Notes: generated by a model from the sequence alone, not told the origin. 64,000 nt of DNA from an uncultured Phycisphaerales bacterium (GCA_963755915.1 CAVWLP010000002.1:3136001-3200000), one strand, 5' to 3'. Counted from the stretch's first letter, positions 40,697 to 50,664 are shown. Program-made: numbers and translations.

Positions 40697-42361
40697 ATGA
40701 ACCTCGAGCAGCAGTTCCAATCCGGATATGCGCTTCATCGGGCCGGACGGCTTATGGAGGCGGAGAAGATCTATCGCCAGGTTCTGGAGCGCCGGCCCAA
40801 TCATGCAGATGCGCTGCATCTTCTGGGCCTGCTATCGGCCCAGTCGGGGCGGCTTGAGGCCGCGGCGGACTTGCTCCAGCGGGCGGTCCGAGTCAATCCC
40901 ACTTCGGCTGAAGCCTGCGGGAATCTTGGCAATGTATATAAGGACCTCCGCCGGCTGGATGAGGCGATTGATTCATATCAGCAGGCCATCCGGCTGAAGT
41001 TTGAGCTGGCCGAGGCGTACAGCAATCTCGGCAATGTGCTTAAGAGCCAGGGGCGGCTCGATGAGGCGATCGCCTCGCATCGGCAAGCGATCAAGCTGCG
41101 CCCCGATCTTGCGCAGGCGCACAGCAATCTGGTTTACGATCTGCATTTTCATCCTGGCTACGACGCTGCGATGCTTTATGATGAACATCGGCGCTGGAAT
41201 CAGCAGCACGCTGCGCCATTTACGCAATCCATAGTTCCCCATGCCAACGATCGCAGCGTGGATCGTCCCCTGAAAATCGGTTATGTCTCGCCCGATTTTT
41301 GCGAGCACCCGGTGGGGAGATTTATCCTGCCCCTCTTGGCTGCGCATGATCGCGACCGGTTCGAGGTGTATTGCTACTCACATGCGCCTCGCGTTGACGG
41401 GGTTACAGAGCTGATTCGCCGTCATGCGAGCCAGTGGCGAAACACCTGCGGCCTGAGCGACGAACGCACCGCGCAAATAATCCGGGAAGATCAGATCGAC
41501 ATTCTCGTCGACCTGACAATGCACATGTCACGCAACCGGATGTTGCTGTTTGCACGCAAGCCGGCGCCGGTTCAGGTGACGTATCTCGCTTACTGTTCCA
41601 CCACTGGCCTGGATGCAATCGACTACCGCTTTACCGATCCTCATCTCGATCCCACAGGATCCGACGACTCCATCTACCAGGAAACTTCGATCCGGCTTCC
41701 TGAGACATATTGGTGTTACCAGTTTGACGAACATAGTCCCGAGGTAAGCCCCTCACCCGCGACGAAGAATGCGGAGATAACCTTCGGTTGCCTGAACAAC
41801 TTCTGCAAGGTCTCGCCGCAGGCCTTGGAGGTATGGAGTGAGATATTGCGCGAAAATCCTAAATCGCGGCTGATTCTGCATGCCCACGAAGGCGGCCATC
41901 GCCAGCGCGTGCGCGATCAGCTCCAGAGTCGGCGAATTGATTCGCGGCGGCTGGAGTTCATGGGGTGGGTAGGCTATTACGATTATCTGCGGCAATATCA
42001 GCGGATTGACATCGCCCTGGATCCATTTCCGTGCAATGGCGGCACGACAACGTGTAACGCGCTGTGGATGGGGGTGCCCGTGATCACGCTGACAGGCAAA
42101 ACGGCGGTCGGGCGCGGGGGCGTAAGCGTTTTGCGGAATGTCGGATTGCCCGAGCTGATCGCGGACTCAACACAAAACTATGTTCAAATCGCAAACGAGC
42201 TGGCTTGTAATCCGTCTCGTCTGAGGGAGCTTCGCCAAAACCTGCGAGATCGCATGCGTGCTTCCCCTTTAATGGATTCGTCCGGGTTCGCCCGCAACGT
42301 TGAGGCCGCCTACCGCCGGATGTGGCAAAGCTGGTGCGCGAAGGGCGCGACTTCGAAATAA
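40697..42361 (+). CDS. TPR + GT41 (SPINDLY/OGT-like) glycosyltransferase, copy 3 (~4 TPRs), intact
   Basis: KIGYVSPDFCEHPVGRF, FARKPAPVQVTYLAY, FGCLNNFCKV, DIALDPFPCNGGTTTCNALWMGVPV. Confidence 0.9.
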   Translation: MNLEQQFQSGYALHRAGRLMEAEKIYRQVLERRPNHADALHLLGLLSAQSGRLEAAADLLQRAVRVNPTSAEACGNLGNVYKDLRRLDEAIDSYQQAIRLKFELAEAYSNLGNVLKSQGRLDEAIASHRQAIKLRPDLAQAHSNLVYDLHFHPGYDAAMLYDEHRRWNQQHAAPFTQSIVPHANDRSVDRPLKIGYVSPDFCEHPVGRFILPLLAAHDRDRFEVYCYSHAPRVDGVTELIRRHASQWRNTCGLSDERTAQIIREDQIDILVDLTMHMSRNRMLLFARKPAPVQVTYLAYCSTTGLDAIDYRFTDPHLDPTGSDDSIYQETSIRLPETYWCYQFDEHSPEVSPSPATKNAEITFGCLNNFCKVSPQALEVWSEILRENPKSRLILHAHEGGHRQRVRDQLQSRRIDSRRLEFMGWVGYYDYLRQYQRIDIALDPFPCNGGTTTCNALWMGVPVITLTGKTAVGRGGVSVLRNVGLPELIADSTQNYVQIANELACNPSRLRELRQNLRDRMRASPLMDSSGFARNVEAAYRRMWQSWCAKGATSK

Positions 42362-42373
42362 AATTTCCTGCCC

Positions 42374-44740
42374 ATGAACGATAAGGAACAACTCGACCTC
42401 GCCCTGACCCATCATCGTGCTGGCCAATTGCGCGAGGCGGAGACTATCTATCGGCAGATTCTTCGCGGCGCCCTGACGATGCCGATACACTACACCTTTT
42501 AGGCGTGCTCGCCGCGCAAGCGGGACGGCCCGACGCAGCCGTGGATCTGATCCGTCGGGCCATCGGAGTTCGCGGCGCGAATCCGATCTTTTACCTCAAT
42601 CTCGCCAACGCCCAGGCCGATATGGGGCGTCCGGGCGACGCCATTGAATCCTACGGCCGCGCCATCCAGCTGAAGCCCGATTACATCGACGCGCACATAA
42701 ATCTCGGCATTGCGTTTCAGGCCATACGGGATTTCCAGAAGGCGATTGCTTCGTATCGAAATGCAATTCAATTGAATCCGAACCTTCCCGTCGCGTATGG
42801 AAATCTCGGTAACGCTTTGCGGAGCGCCGGGAAATTCGATGAAGCGATCGCCGCCTGCCGCCGGGCGATTCAGCTCGCTCCCGATTATGCTGAAGCATAT
42901 GCGAATCTTGCAAATGCACTTAGAGATGTCGGGCAGATCGATGAAGCGATTGCGGGATTCCGAGAAGCCTTGCGTATCAAACCCTCGCTCGCCGCGGCTC
43001 AAAATAATTTGGGCAACATATTGAGCGAGCTGGGAAGACTTGAAGAAGCCGTCACATGCTATCGCGAAGCGATTCGATACCAGCCCAACTTTTCCGATGC
43101 CCAAAACAATCTCGGTAACGCGCTTCAGGCTCTGGGCCAGCTCGATGCCGCCGCGGCGGCGTATCGACGGTCGATTGATCTCGACCCGAAATTTGCCGAA
43201 GCGCATGCGAATCTCGGCAATGTTCTTTGCGAGCTGCGAAATACGGACGAAGCCATCGCTTCCTATGAGCGGGCGATTCACCTCAAGCCCGACTACGCCG
43301 AGGCGCATAGTAATCTTGGCCTCTCCCTGGCGGAAAAAGGAAGACTCGATGAATCAGTCGCATCGCTGCGGCGCGCCATTGAGATCAACCCGAATTTCCC
43401 GCAGGCGTTCAACAACCTTGGCAATTCGCTGAAGGATATGGGCCGTCTTGAAGAGGCGATCGCCTCTTATCGAAAGGCGATCCAATTAAAGCCCGACCAC
43501 GCCTCGGCTCACAGCAACCTGGTTTATGCGATTCATTTCGATCCATCCTTCGACGCTGGCACGATTTATCAGGAGCATCGGCGTTGGAATGATCTGCATG
43601 CCAGGCCCCTCAGGAAATTCATCCTGCCGCACAAAAATGATCGCGACTCCGATCGCCTGCTTCGAATCGGCTACGTGTCGCCGGATTTCCGCAGCCACGC
43701 GGTTGGGAGATTCGTCTATCCGCTGATCGCGGCGCACGACCCAAAGAATTTCGAGATTTACTGCTACTCCGACGTTCGCCAACCCGACAAATTTACCGAA
43801 ACATTTCGCCAAAGTACGAATCAATGGCGGAACATCGTCGGCTTTTCCGATCAGGCCGTTGCAGACCTGGTGCGCGCTGATCGGATCGACGTGCTCATAG
43901 ATCTGACCATGCACATGGCGCGGAATCGCATGTTGATGTTCGCGCAAGCCCGCGCCGGTTCAGGTGACCTATCTGGCGTACTGCTCGACCACGGGCGTGG
44001 AAACGATCGATTACAGGCTGACCGACCCATATATCGATCCACCGGGCACTACCGAACATGTTTACTCCGAGAGATCAATTTGGTTGCCGGAAACCTATTG
44101 GTGTTACTCCCCGCAAAGCCCCAGTCCGGATACAACGCCGCCTCCATCGCTCAGCAGTGGCCGCGTGACCTTCGGTTGCCTCAACAATTTCTGCAAAGTT
44201 TCGCCGTCGGCCCTGGAGGTGTGGGCTGAGATACTTCAGAACAATTCAAATTCGCGGCTCATTCTTCACGCTCACGAAGGCAGCCACCGCCAGCGTGTCC
44301 GCGACCTGCTCCAGGGCCGGGGGATCGATCCGCAGCGGTTGAAATTCACCGGGTGGATTCCCTTTTACGACTATCTCCGGCAGCACGAAAAAATCGACAT
44401 TGCCCTGGATCCCTTTCCCTGCAACGGCGGAACCACAACATGCGATGCGCTGTGGATGGGAGTCCCCGTGATATCTCTGATCGGGCAGACCGCAGTCGGG
44501 CGCGGCGGAGTAAGCGTGCTTCACAACATTGGATTGCCCGAGCTGATCGCGGAGTCGACACAGCAGTATGTGCGGATTGCAAATGATCTGGCGTGCGATC
44601 CGGCTCGACTAAGCGAGCTTCGCCAGGGCATGCGTGAGCGAATGCGTGCTTCGCCGCTGATGGATTCCGCTCGCTTTGCGCGTAGTGTCGAAGCCGCGTA
44701 CCGCCAGATGTGGCGAACATGGTGTGCGAACCCCGGTTGA
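42374..44740 (+). CDS. TPR + GT41 glycosyltransferase, copy 4 (~11 TPRs; frameshifts ~42464 and ~43943)
   Basis: True start MNDKEQLDLALTHHRAGQLREAE at 42374; catalytic region very similar to copy 3. Confidence 0.87.
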
Positions 44741-44785
44741 ATCGAAAATAGGGTTACGATTGTCTATTGGACCGTTTTCACGGAT

Positions 44786-44805
44786 AATATATTGTTGTCG
44801 ACAAT
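44786..44805 (-). promoter_or_regulatory. Operator copy 4 (ATTGTCGACAACAATATATT on the minus strand) overlapping rightward promoter TTGGAC-N17-TATTGT
   Basis: Match to the consensus, upstream of the dehydrogenase/enolase pair. Confidence 0.72.
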
Positions 44806-44839
44806 CTAATATTTGCTCTAATCGAGGTTGCGAGGAGAA

Positions 44840-45829
44840 ATGAAATCCCCAAAAGCCCAATGTCGCATTGCACTCCAGGTGCCGCTTCCGCCCGCGCAGT
44901 TACAGCGGCTACGCGGGTTATCGCCCAAAATAGAAATTCTTGAGGATGCCGATAAGTTTTTCAAGGCCGACATCGTTTATACCGGCGGTGAGGGTTTCGA
45001 TCCGTCTGAGGTGCCCGATTTGCGCTGGGTGCAAGTCAATCTTGTGGGCATCGAAAGCCTCATGGGCGGACCCCTCGCGAAGAGCGGCATTTCGGTGGCC
45101 AACGTCCGCGGCGCCTATGCGACGAGCGTGGCCGAGTTCGCAATCGCGCTCCTCCTCTCCTTAGGCCGCCAATTGCCATTGTGCCTTCAGTTCCAATTCG
45201 CCTCGAGGTGGGACGATTCGATGTGCGGCACTTCCTTTTACGGAAAGACCCTGGCGGTCGTCGGCTACGGCAGCATCGGCCGGCAGATTGCGCGAATCGC
45301 CCATGCGATGGGAATGCGGATCCTGGCCTGCAAGCGCGATCCCGAAATTCGCCGCGAGAACTCATCTTTCCTATTTCCAGGCACGGGCGACCCGGAGGGC
45401 GTCCTTCCAATCAAGTGGTTCGGCACGAATCAAATCCGCGAAATGTTCGAGGAAACCGATCATGTGGCGGTCACCTTGCCACTGACTTCGCAAACCCGAG
45501 GGCTGATCGGCACCCGTGAGCTCAGGGCGCTACCATCGCACGCCCTGTTCGTGAATGTTGGACGTGGCTCGATTGTGGACGAAGAGGCAATTGCCGATGC
45601 GCTCACCGCCGGGAGAATTGCCGGCGCGGCACTCGACGTCTTTTCACAAGAGCCGTTGGCTGCCGACAGTCCCCTTTGGCGCGCACCCAATTCGTTGATC
45701 ACGCCGCATATCGGTTCCTACACAACCGAGCAGGCTGCACATGCGGGGGAAGTTCTGATCGAAAACGTGCGCCGCGATCTGGCGGAAGAGCCACTGCTGA
45801 ACATTGTAAACTTTGCCACGGGATACTGA
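44840..45829 (+). CDS. D-2-hydroxyacid dehydrogenase family protein
   Basis: VVGYGSIG, VTLPLT..TRGLI, VNVGRG, LDVFSQEPL, ITPHIG. Confidence 0.9.
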   Translation: MKSPKAQCRIALQVPLPPAQLQRLRGLSPKIEILEDADKFFKADIVYTGGEGFDPSEVPDLRWVQVNLVGIESLMGGPLAKSGISVANVRGAYATSVAEFAIALLLSLGRQLPLCLQFQFASRWDDSMCGTSFYGKTLAVVGYGSIGRQIARIAHAMGMRILACKRDPEIRRENSSFLFPGTGDPEGVLPIKWFGTNQIREMFEETDHVAVTLPLTSQTRGLIGTRELRALPSHALFVNVGRGSIVDEEAIADALTAGRIAGAALDVFSQEPLAADSPLWRAPNSLITPHIGSYTTEQAAHAGEVLIENVRRDLAEEPLLNIVNFATGY

Positions 45830-47079
45830 TGAAAATCACCGACATGCGAGTGATGCGATTGAGCGGGCCGCTCGAGCATGGGCAGGGGGGCGAGGAGGGC
45901 GTCTTCTCCAAGTTTATCGTACGAATCGACGCCGAGAACGGGGAATATGGTCTGGGCGAGGCCGAGGACTTCTTCGGCGTTCGCGAAGGCCTGGAATATA
46001 TCCGCGCCCTGATCGTCGGACGCAGCGTCTTCGACATCAGGCCGCTCGTTTCGGAAGTGATGTATGGCACGGTTCCGCCGCACGATCAGCACCTTGCGCC
46101 GATGTACGATCCGAATCGATTTGCCGGCGCGTGTTTTCCCGTGCGCGTCTGTTCTCCGACCGCAACGACCGTCGGGCCCATCTGCTGGGCCGCAAGCGGC
46201 GTGGAGATCGCTTTATGCGACCTGGTTGGAAAGATCGCCAGGATGCCGGTCTATGCACTGCTCGGCGGCAAGTTCCGCGATCACGCGAAAGTGTACCTCG
46301 ATCGAAGCGCACCGGATGGCGCCGAGGCGCGCGAACTTGCAGGCTGGCAGCGGATGGCGCGGACAGTTGCAGAGTCGGAATTCAAGATGATGAAGTTCGA
46401 CGTCGAATGTCTCTGCGCCGATGCGACCACCGACTTCTGGAACCGGGCGCTCTCAATGCAACAACTCAGGCTGATCGTCGATCGCCTCACAGCGGTGAGA
46501 GAAGCCGCGGGCTGGGAGGTCGATGTCTGCATCGATTGCCATATGCACTACAACGCGCCCGACGCCATTCGGCTCGCAAACGAACTTGCGCCGCTGAAAC
46601 TGACCTGGATGGAAGACCCGACGCCCATCGTCAATCCCGACGCCGCCGTGGAAATTCGCGCCAAAAGTCCTATTCCTATTTGCCTCGGTGAAATGTTTAC
46701 CTCCGAGCAATTTCGGATGTTCATCGATCGAAAGGCCGTGGATATTCTGCATCCTGACGTGCTATTCACCGGCGGACTTTTTGAAACTCATCGCATCGGC
46801 CAATATGGAGAGCTCCACTACCTTCCCATGGCGATGCACGGCAACGGCGGGAGCCTCGCGACGATTGCCGCGGCCCACGTCGCGGCGGCCACGCGCAACT
46901 TCCTTGTCCTTGAATACCATTTCATCGAAAGCGAGTGGATTTCCCACTATGTGCAACGCGAAGGCGCGCTGCTCTTTCGTCGCGGCGCGGTTCCCCTCAC
47001 CGACGCCCCGGGGTTGGGCGTTACGCTCGACGAGCCAACCTGCCGTAAATATCTCGCGCCGGGCGAAAAGTTCTTTTAA
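45829..47079 (+). CDS. Mandelate racemase/muconate lactonizing enzyme family (probable sugar-acid dehydratase)
   Basis: YGLGEA, SGVEIALCDL.GK....PVYALLGG, KMMKFD, IDCH, WMEDP, LGEM, MHG, LEYH, PGLG. ATG overlaps the upstream TGA. Confidence 0.88.
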   Translation: MKITDMRVMRLSGPLEHGQGGEEGVFSKFIVRIDAENGEYGLGEAEDFFGVREGLEYIRALIVGRSVFDIRPLVSEVMYGTVPPHDQHLAPMYDPNRFAGACFPVRVCSPTATTVGPICWAASGVEIALCDLVGKIARMPVYALLGGKFRDHAKVYLDRSAPDGAEARELAGWQRMARTVAESEFKMMKFDVECLCADATTDFWNRALSMQQLRLIVDRLTAVREAAGWEVDVCIDCHMHYNAPDAIRLANELAPLKLTWMEDPTPIVNPDAAVEIRAKSPIPICLGEMFTSEQFRMFIDRKAVDILHPDVLFTGGLFETHRIGQYGELHYLPMAMHGNGGSLATIAAAHVAAATRNFLVLEYHFIESEWISHYVQREGALLFRRGAVPLTDAPGLGVTLDEPTCRKYLAPGEKFF

Positions 47080-47100
47080 TCCCTCGCGATGCAGATCCCG

Positions 47101-48615
47101 TTAATCAAATTGAAACGCATAGAGTTTCGCGGTCTCGATATGGAACACGAGCCGAATGGGCTTGCCCGCAAGCTCGCGAATGCTTTTTCCGTTTTTCCAT
47201 TCAACTACGCCTCGAATCGCATCTTTCGAAAATGCGGCGCACTCCTCTTTCGTAAAACCGGCGATTGGCTTTCCCTGCTCATCCAGAATCTCTACAAGGA
47301 TCGATCCTTTCTCCGAATCCGCGTTAATCTCCAGCCGTTCCCCTGCAAATGTCAGCAGCTTTGTCGTCATCTTTCCGGCCGGATAATTCGCACAGAGCGA
47401 CGCAAACCCATCTCGCCTCAACGTGGCCAAACCGATCGAATATCTGGTCCCGGTCGATACCTTCGATTGAGGCCTCGCCCGCTTGGCGTTTGCGTGCTGT
47501 TCCCAGCTCAGGTCATACGATTCATCCGACCCGGTATAGTAAAACCAGATCTCGTCGCCCACTTCAATGACGGTTGACGATGTGAAGACCATCCCCGCAT
47601 CGAAATCGCCCTCATTTCCGCAGGGAATGAAATCGCGGCGTTCGCTTGTGCGATGCCAATAGCCGTAGGGATTGGCGTCTCTCGAATAGACGAGCTGCGC
47701 GTTCATGATTCCGTCGTTGCCGTTTCCATGGCCGGTTCGCGTTGCCGAAATATCAAACAGCCAGATGATCCCCAGGCGAAGGCCCTCGTAGCGGAATCCG
47801 GTCATGCCGTAAATATCCGAAAGATAGCAGGCGGGCTCGTCATATTTCAGAAGATCCCTGAAGCGGTAGAGCCGCTCGGCAACGCGGGCATCATCGGTTT
47901 CGTCGGCCGATAAAATTGTTTGCGAGATTCCCCAATTGACGAAATCCCGGCTGGTATGGATGGCCACCGAGCGCCGGAATTTTCCGCCGATGGTGCTCCC
48001 ATATTTTGCGAACGCAATATACTCCTTTGTCACCGGATCATAGCAGCAGGTACACATGTCGCTTCCCTGGATCACCGGATTGCGATCGTTTGGGCTCCAG
48101 TGAATCCCATCCGGCGAGAAAAATACCGAATACCCATGCCTGAAATTCGATCGAACATCGTTTTTGAAGTCCGCCAGGTCTTTGAAGGTGTAAACGATCA
48201 TTCGATACCGTCGCTGCGGGTCCGGTTCATCTGCCGCATGCAAAACAGTTGGCAAGCGAAGCGCGCCCTTGAGCACCGCGTTGGACATCGGCCGGCCGTT
48301 GTGATGCACAGCGTTGAGCGTTGGCCGTTCCCACTTCACTCCATCTTTTGAGATCGCCATGCAAACGCTGTCGATGTCTGCCTTCGAAATCGCGTTGTAG
48401 TACATCCGGAATTCTTGCTGTTGCGGGTCATACAAGACATTGCCGTATAGCTGAATGTAATAATCTTCCCACCAGTCGCGTTGAATCAGCAGCGGATTGG
48501 AGGGATGTTTTTTGGCCTGGTGAAAAGTCCGGCGGACGCCGGCCAATTCCTCAATCGCGTGGTCGTCGATGAACAACTGTTTTTCGTGCCCAATCGCAAG
48601 CATGGTTGATGTCAT
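47101..48615 (-). CDS. Beta-propeller glycoside-hydrolase-like protein, copy B (paralog of 39134-40648)
   Basis: Same length (504 aa); shared blocks NPVIQGSDMCTC, DIYGMTGFRYEGLRLG, AQLVYSRDANPYG, RRDFIPCGNEGDFDAGMV. Confidence 0.65.
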   Translation of the reverse strand: MTSTMLAIGHEKQLFIDDHAIEELAGVRRTFHQAKKHPSNPLLIQRDWWEDYYIQLYGNVLYDPQQQEFRMYYNAISKADIDSVCMAISKDGVKWERPTLNAVHHNGRPMSNAVLKGALRLPTVLHAADEPDPQRRYRMIVYTFKDLADFKNDVRSNFRHGYSVFFSPDGIHWSPNDRNPVIQGSDMCTCCYDPVTKEYIAFAKYGSTIGGKFRRSVAIHTSRDFVNWGISQTILSADETDDARVAERLYRFRDLLKYDEPACYLSDIYGMTGFRYEGLRLGIIWLFDISATRTGHGNGNDGIMNAQLVYSRDANPYGYWHRTSERRDFIPCGNEGDFDAGMVFTSSTVIEVGDEIWFYYTGSDESYDLSWEQHANAKRARPQSKVSTGTRYSIGLATLRRDGFASLCANYPAGKMTTKLLTFAGERLEINADSEKGSILVEILDEQGKPIAGFTKEECAAFSKDAIRGVVEWKNGKSIRELAGKPIRLVFHIETAKLYAFQFD

Positions 48616-48633
48616 TTATTCTGCCCTCGTGCT

Positions 48634-48653
48634 ATTGTCGACAATGATATATT
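48634..48653 (+). promoter_or_regulatory. Operator copy 5 (ATTGTCGACAATGATATATT) overlapping leftward promoter TTGCGA-N17-TATCAT
   Basis: Perfect ATTGTCGACAAT palindrome 18 nt upstream of the copy B start. Confidence 0.75.
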
Positions 48654-48714
48654 TTATAATATTGGATCGCAAGGCGAACGGACATCGTTGCATAAGTGCA
48701 CTTATATAAGAGTC

Positions 48715-49644
48715 TTAAAGCAGTTTGGTTGATTGCATCCAATCCACGGCACGCTCCATGGTCTGTTGCGGAGTAAATCGAGGCTCATACCCGATCGCAT
48801 CGCGAATTGGCGAAATGTCCGGGCACATATGCGCTTCGAAATGGTAGCGGCTCATGGCATCGGGCACGATGGTTTTACAAAACTGGGACCACGAAACTCG
48901 CTCGATGGGAATGTTTATGCCGTAAATCTCCGCGTATGTTGCGACGAACTCACTGGCGGTGAGCGCGTACGCGGATCCCACATTGAAGACCCGGCCCGCG
49001 GCGCGATCTGGTTTTGATATCGCCAGGAAAAATGCTTTCGCCACATCGTATGCATCGCATGGGCCAATCAACACGTCCGCTCCTTCGGGCAACTTCACGG
49101 TAGCGCCGTGCGCCAATCCCCGATGCACGTCGATGCTTCGGCCGCCGCGCGTCTCCAGCGGAATCTTTCCGGGCCCGCAAATATTCGGGGGAAGAATTGC
49201 CGTGAATCGCGGCCCACCCCCGGCACAAAGCGATACGATCTCCTGAATAACCCGCCACCTCTGCCGATAGGAGTCCCCCCAGAATTCGATCTGCGCTTCC
49301 GCCGGACAAGACACCCGTCGTGGCATACCTACCATCCACAGGGACCCACAAGCAATCAAATGACCGCATCGCTCGCGCACCGTGTGGTATGTGCCCATCA
49401 AGTCAATCCCCAATAAATCGACGACGGCATCCCCTTCGCCGACCGTTTCGCGAAGAAGCCGTGGCCAGCCGGGGTCATTGGGCTCGTAATCGCCTTGAAC
49501 GAGTCGAAATAAATCTGCTCGGTCTCCCTGAGTCACTGCAATTCGACCGCGCGAAATCGCGATTACCTCGATCCCCGCCTCTGCGAGCATTGGAATTAGC
49601 TGGCTTCCAATATGCCCCGTCCCGCCAATGACTACGACCCGCAT
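48715..49644 (-). CDS. NAD-dependent epimerase/dehydratase (extended SDR)
   Basis: MRVVVIGGTGHIG, PPNICGPG, DVAKAF, VFNVG. Confidence 0.8.
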   Translation of the reverse strand: MRVVVIGGTGHIGSQLIPMLAEAGIEVIAISRGRIAVTQGDRADLFRLVQGDYEPNDPGWPRLLRETVGEGDAVVDLLGIDLMGTYHTVRERCGHLIACGSLWMVGMPRRVSCPAEAQIEFWGDSYRQRWRVIQEIVSLCAGGGPRFTAILPPNICGPGKIPLETRGGRSIDVHRGLAHGATVKLPEGADVLIGPCDAYDVAKAFFLAISKPDRAAGRVFNVGSAYALTASEFVATYAEIYGINIPIERVSWSQFCKTIVPDAMSRYHFEAHMCPDISPIRDAIGYEPRFTPQQTMERAVDWMQSTKLL

Positions 49645-49663
49645 AACCAAACTCCGGTCGGTG

Positions 49664-50650
49664 CTATTCCTTCGTGTCGGCTTGGGCGCCGCTTTCTCCT
49701 GCTCGTTCCAGCGAGGCTGCCATATCCCCGGCGCTTCTGGCGTGCCAGGCATTTTCGCCCAGCAGCTTATGCCAGCGTGCGGATTGCTCGGCGGTATAGG
49801 TGTAAAACCCCCGGCCGTTGGAAATTCCATTGTCTCCGCTGTTTATCAGCTTCTGGATAATTTCGGGCACCTCCGTGTTGTTGCTGAGCTTGGGAAAAAG
49901 TCGCTTCATCACTGCCGCGTAGCTGGAAATACCCGTCAGATCCATCCAGCGAAAGGGCCCGCTGATCGGTGCCCAAAGCCCAATCGCCGTACGAAACGCG
50001 CGGTCAATCGTCTCAACATCGGCAACGCCCATCTCGAGGAGATTGAAGGCCTCGCGATACATCGCGTATCCCAGTCGGTTGACGATGAAGCCTTCGACGT
50101 CCTTTTTCACGAGCGAAGGTTCCTTGCCCACGCGCCTGGCCAGTTGCATCGTGGCTTCTTCCGTTGCATCGCTCGTTTTGTCGCCGCGAATCACCTCCAG
50201 AAATCGACTCACATGGCTCGGTTCCGCCCAGTGCATCCCGATAAAGCGCTGCGGATAGCGCCTGCCGTTCTGGAGCATCGTGATCGGCAGCGCCGATGTA
50301 TTGCTCGCGATCGGCACGGTCGAACCAACAATGGATTCCAGTTCATCAAAGGCAGCCCGTTTTGTTTCGAGGCTTTCAGTCAGGCTTTCAATCACAAAAT
50401 CGCAATCGCGCAACGATTGGATCGTATCGGGATCGTCATACAGCGATCGCCAGCCCGTCGCTGATGAAGCTGATATGCACCCGTGCTGAATGAGGTCTTC
50501 GATTGCCGCTTGGATGGCCAACCGGGCGCTCTGCCGCGCCTGCGGGCTGCGATCGTACGCTTTGACCCGAAACCCATTGCCGAGGAGACACGCGGTGATT
50601 CCACGGCCCAGAAATCCCAGCCCTACAACGCCGATCACGCGTGGTTCCAT
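49664..50650 (-). CDS. 3-hydroxyacyl-CoA dehydrogenase family protein
   Basis: GLGFLGRGI, VIESLTESLETK, ASNTS, GMHW..P, GFIVNRL, GPFRWMD. Confidence 0.87.
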   Translation of the reverse strand: MEPRVIGVVGLGFLGRGITACLLGNGFRVKAYDRSPQARQSARLAIQAAIEDLIQHGCISASSATGWRSLYDDPDTIQSLRDCDFVIESLTESLETKRAAFDELESIVGSTVPIASNTSALPITMLQNGRRYPQRFIGMHWAEPSHVSRFLEVIRGDKTSDATEEATMQLARRVGKEPSLVKKDVEGFIVNRLGYAMYREAFNLLEMGVADVETIDRAFRTAIGLWAPISGPFRWMDLTGISSYAAVMKRLFPKLSNNTEVPEIIQKLINSGDNGISNGRGFYTYTAEQSARWHKLLGENAWHARSAGDMAASLERAGESGAQADTKE

Positions 50651-50664
50651 GCGAATGCTCCTCC

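Noticed and set aside
48692-48705. Perfect 14-bp palindrome ATAAGTGCACTTAT
   Set aside because: Single occurrence, no loop or U-tract and no second copy, so no function can be supported.
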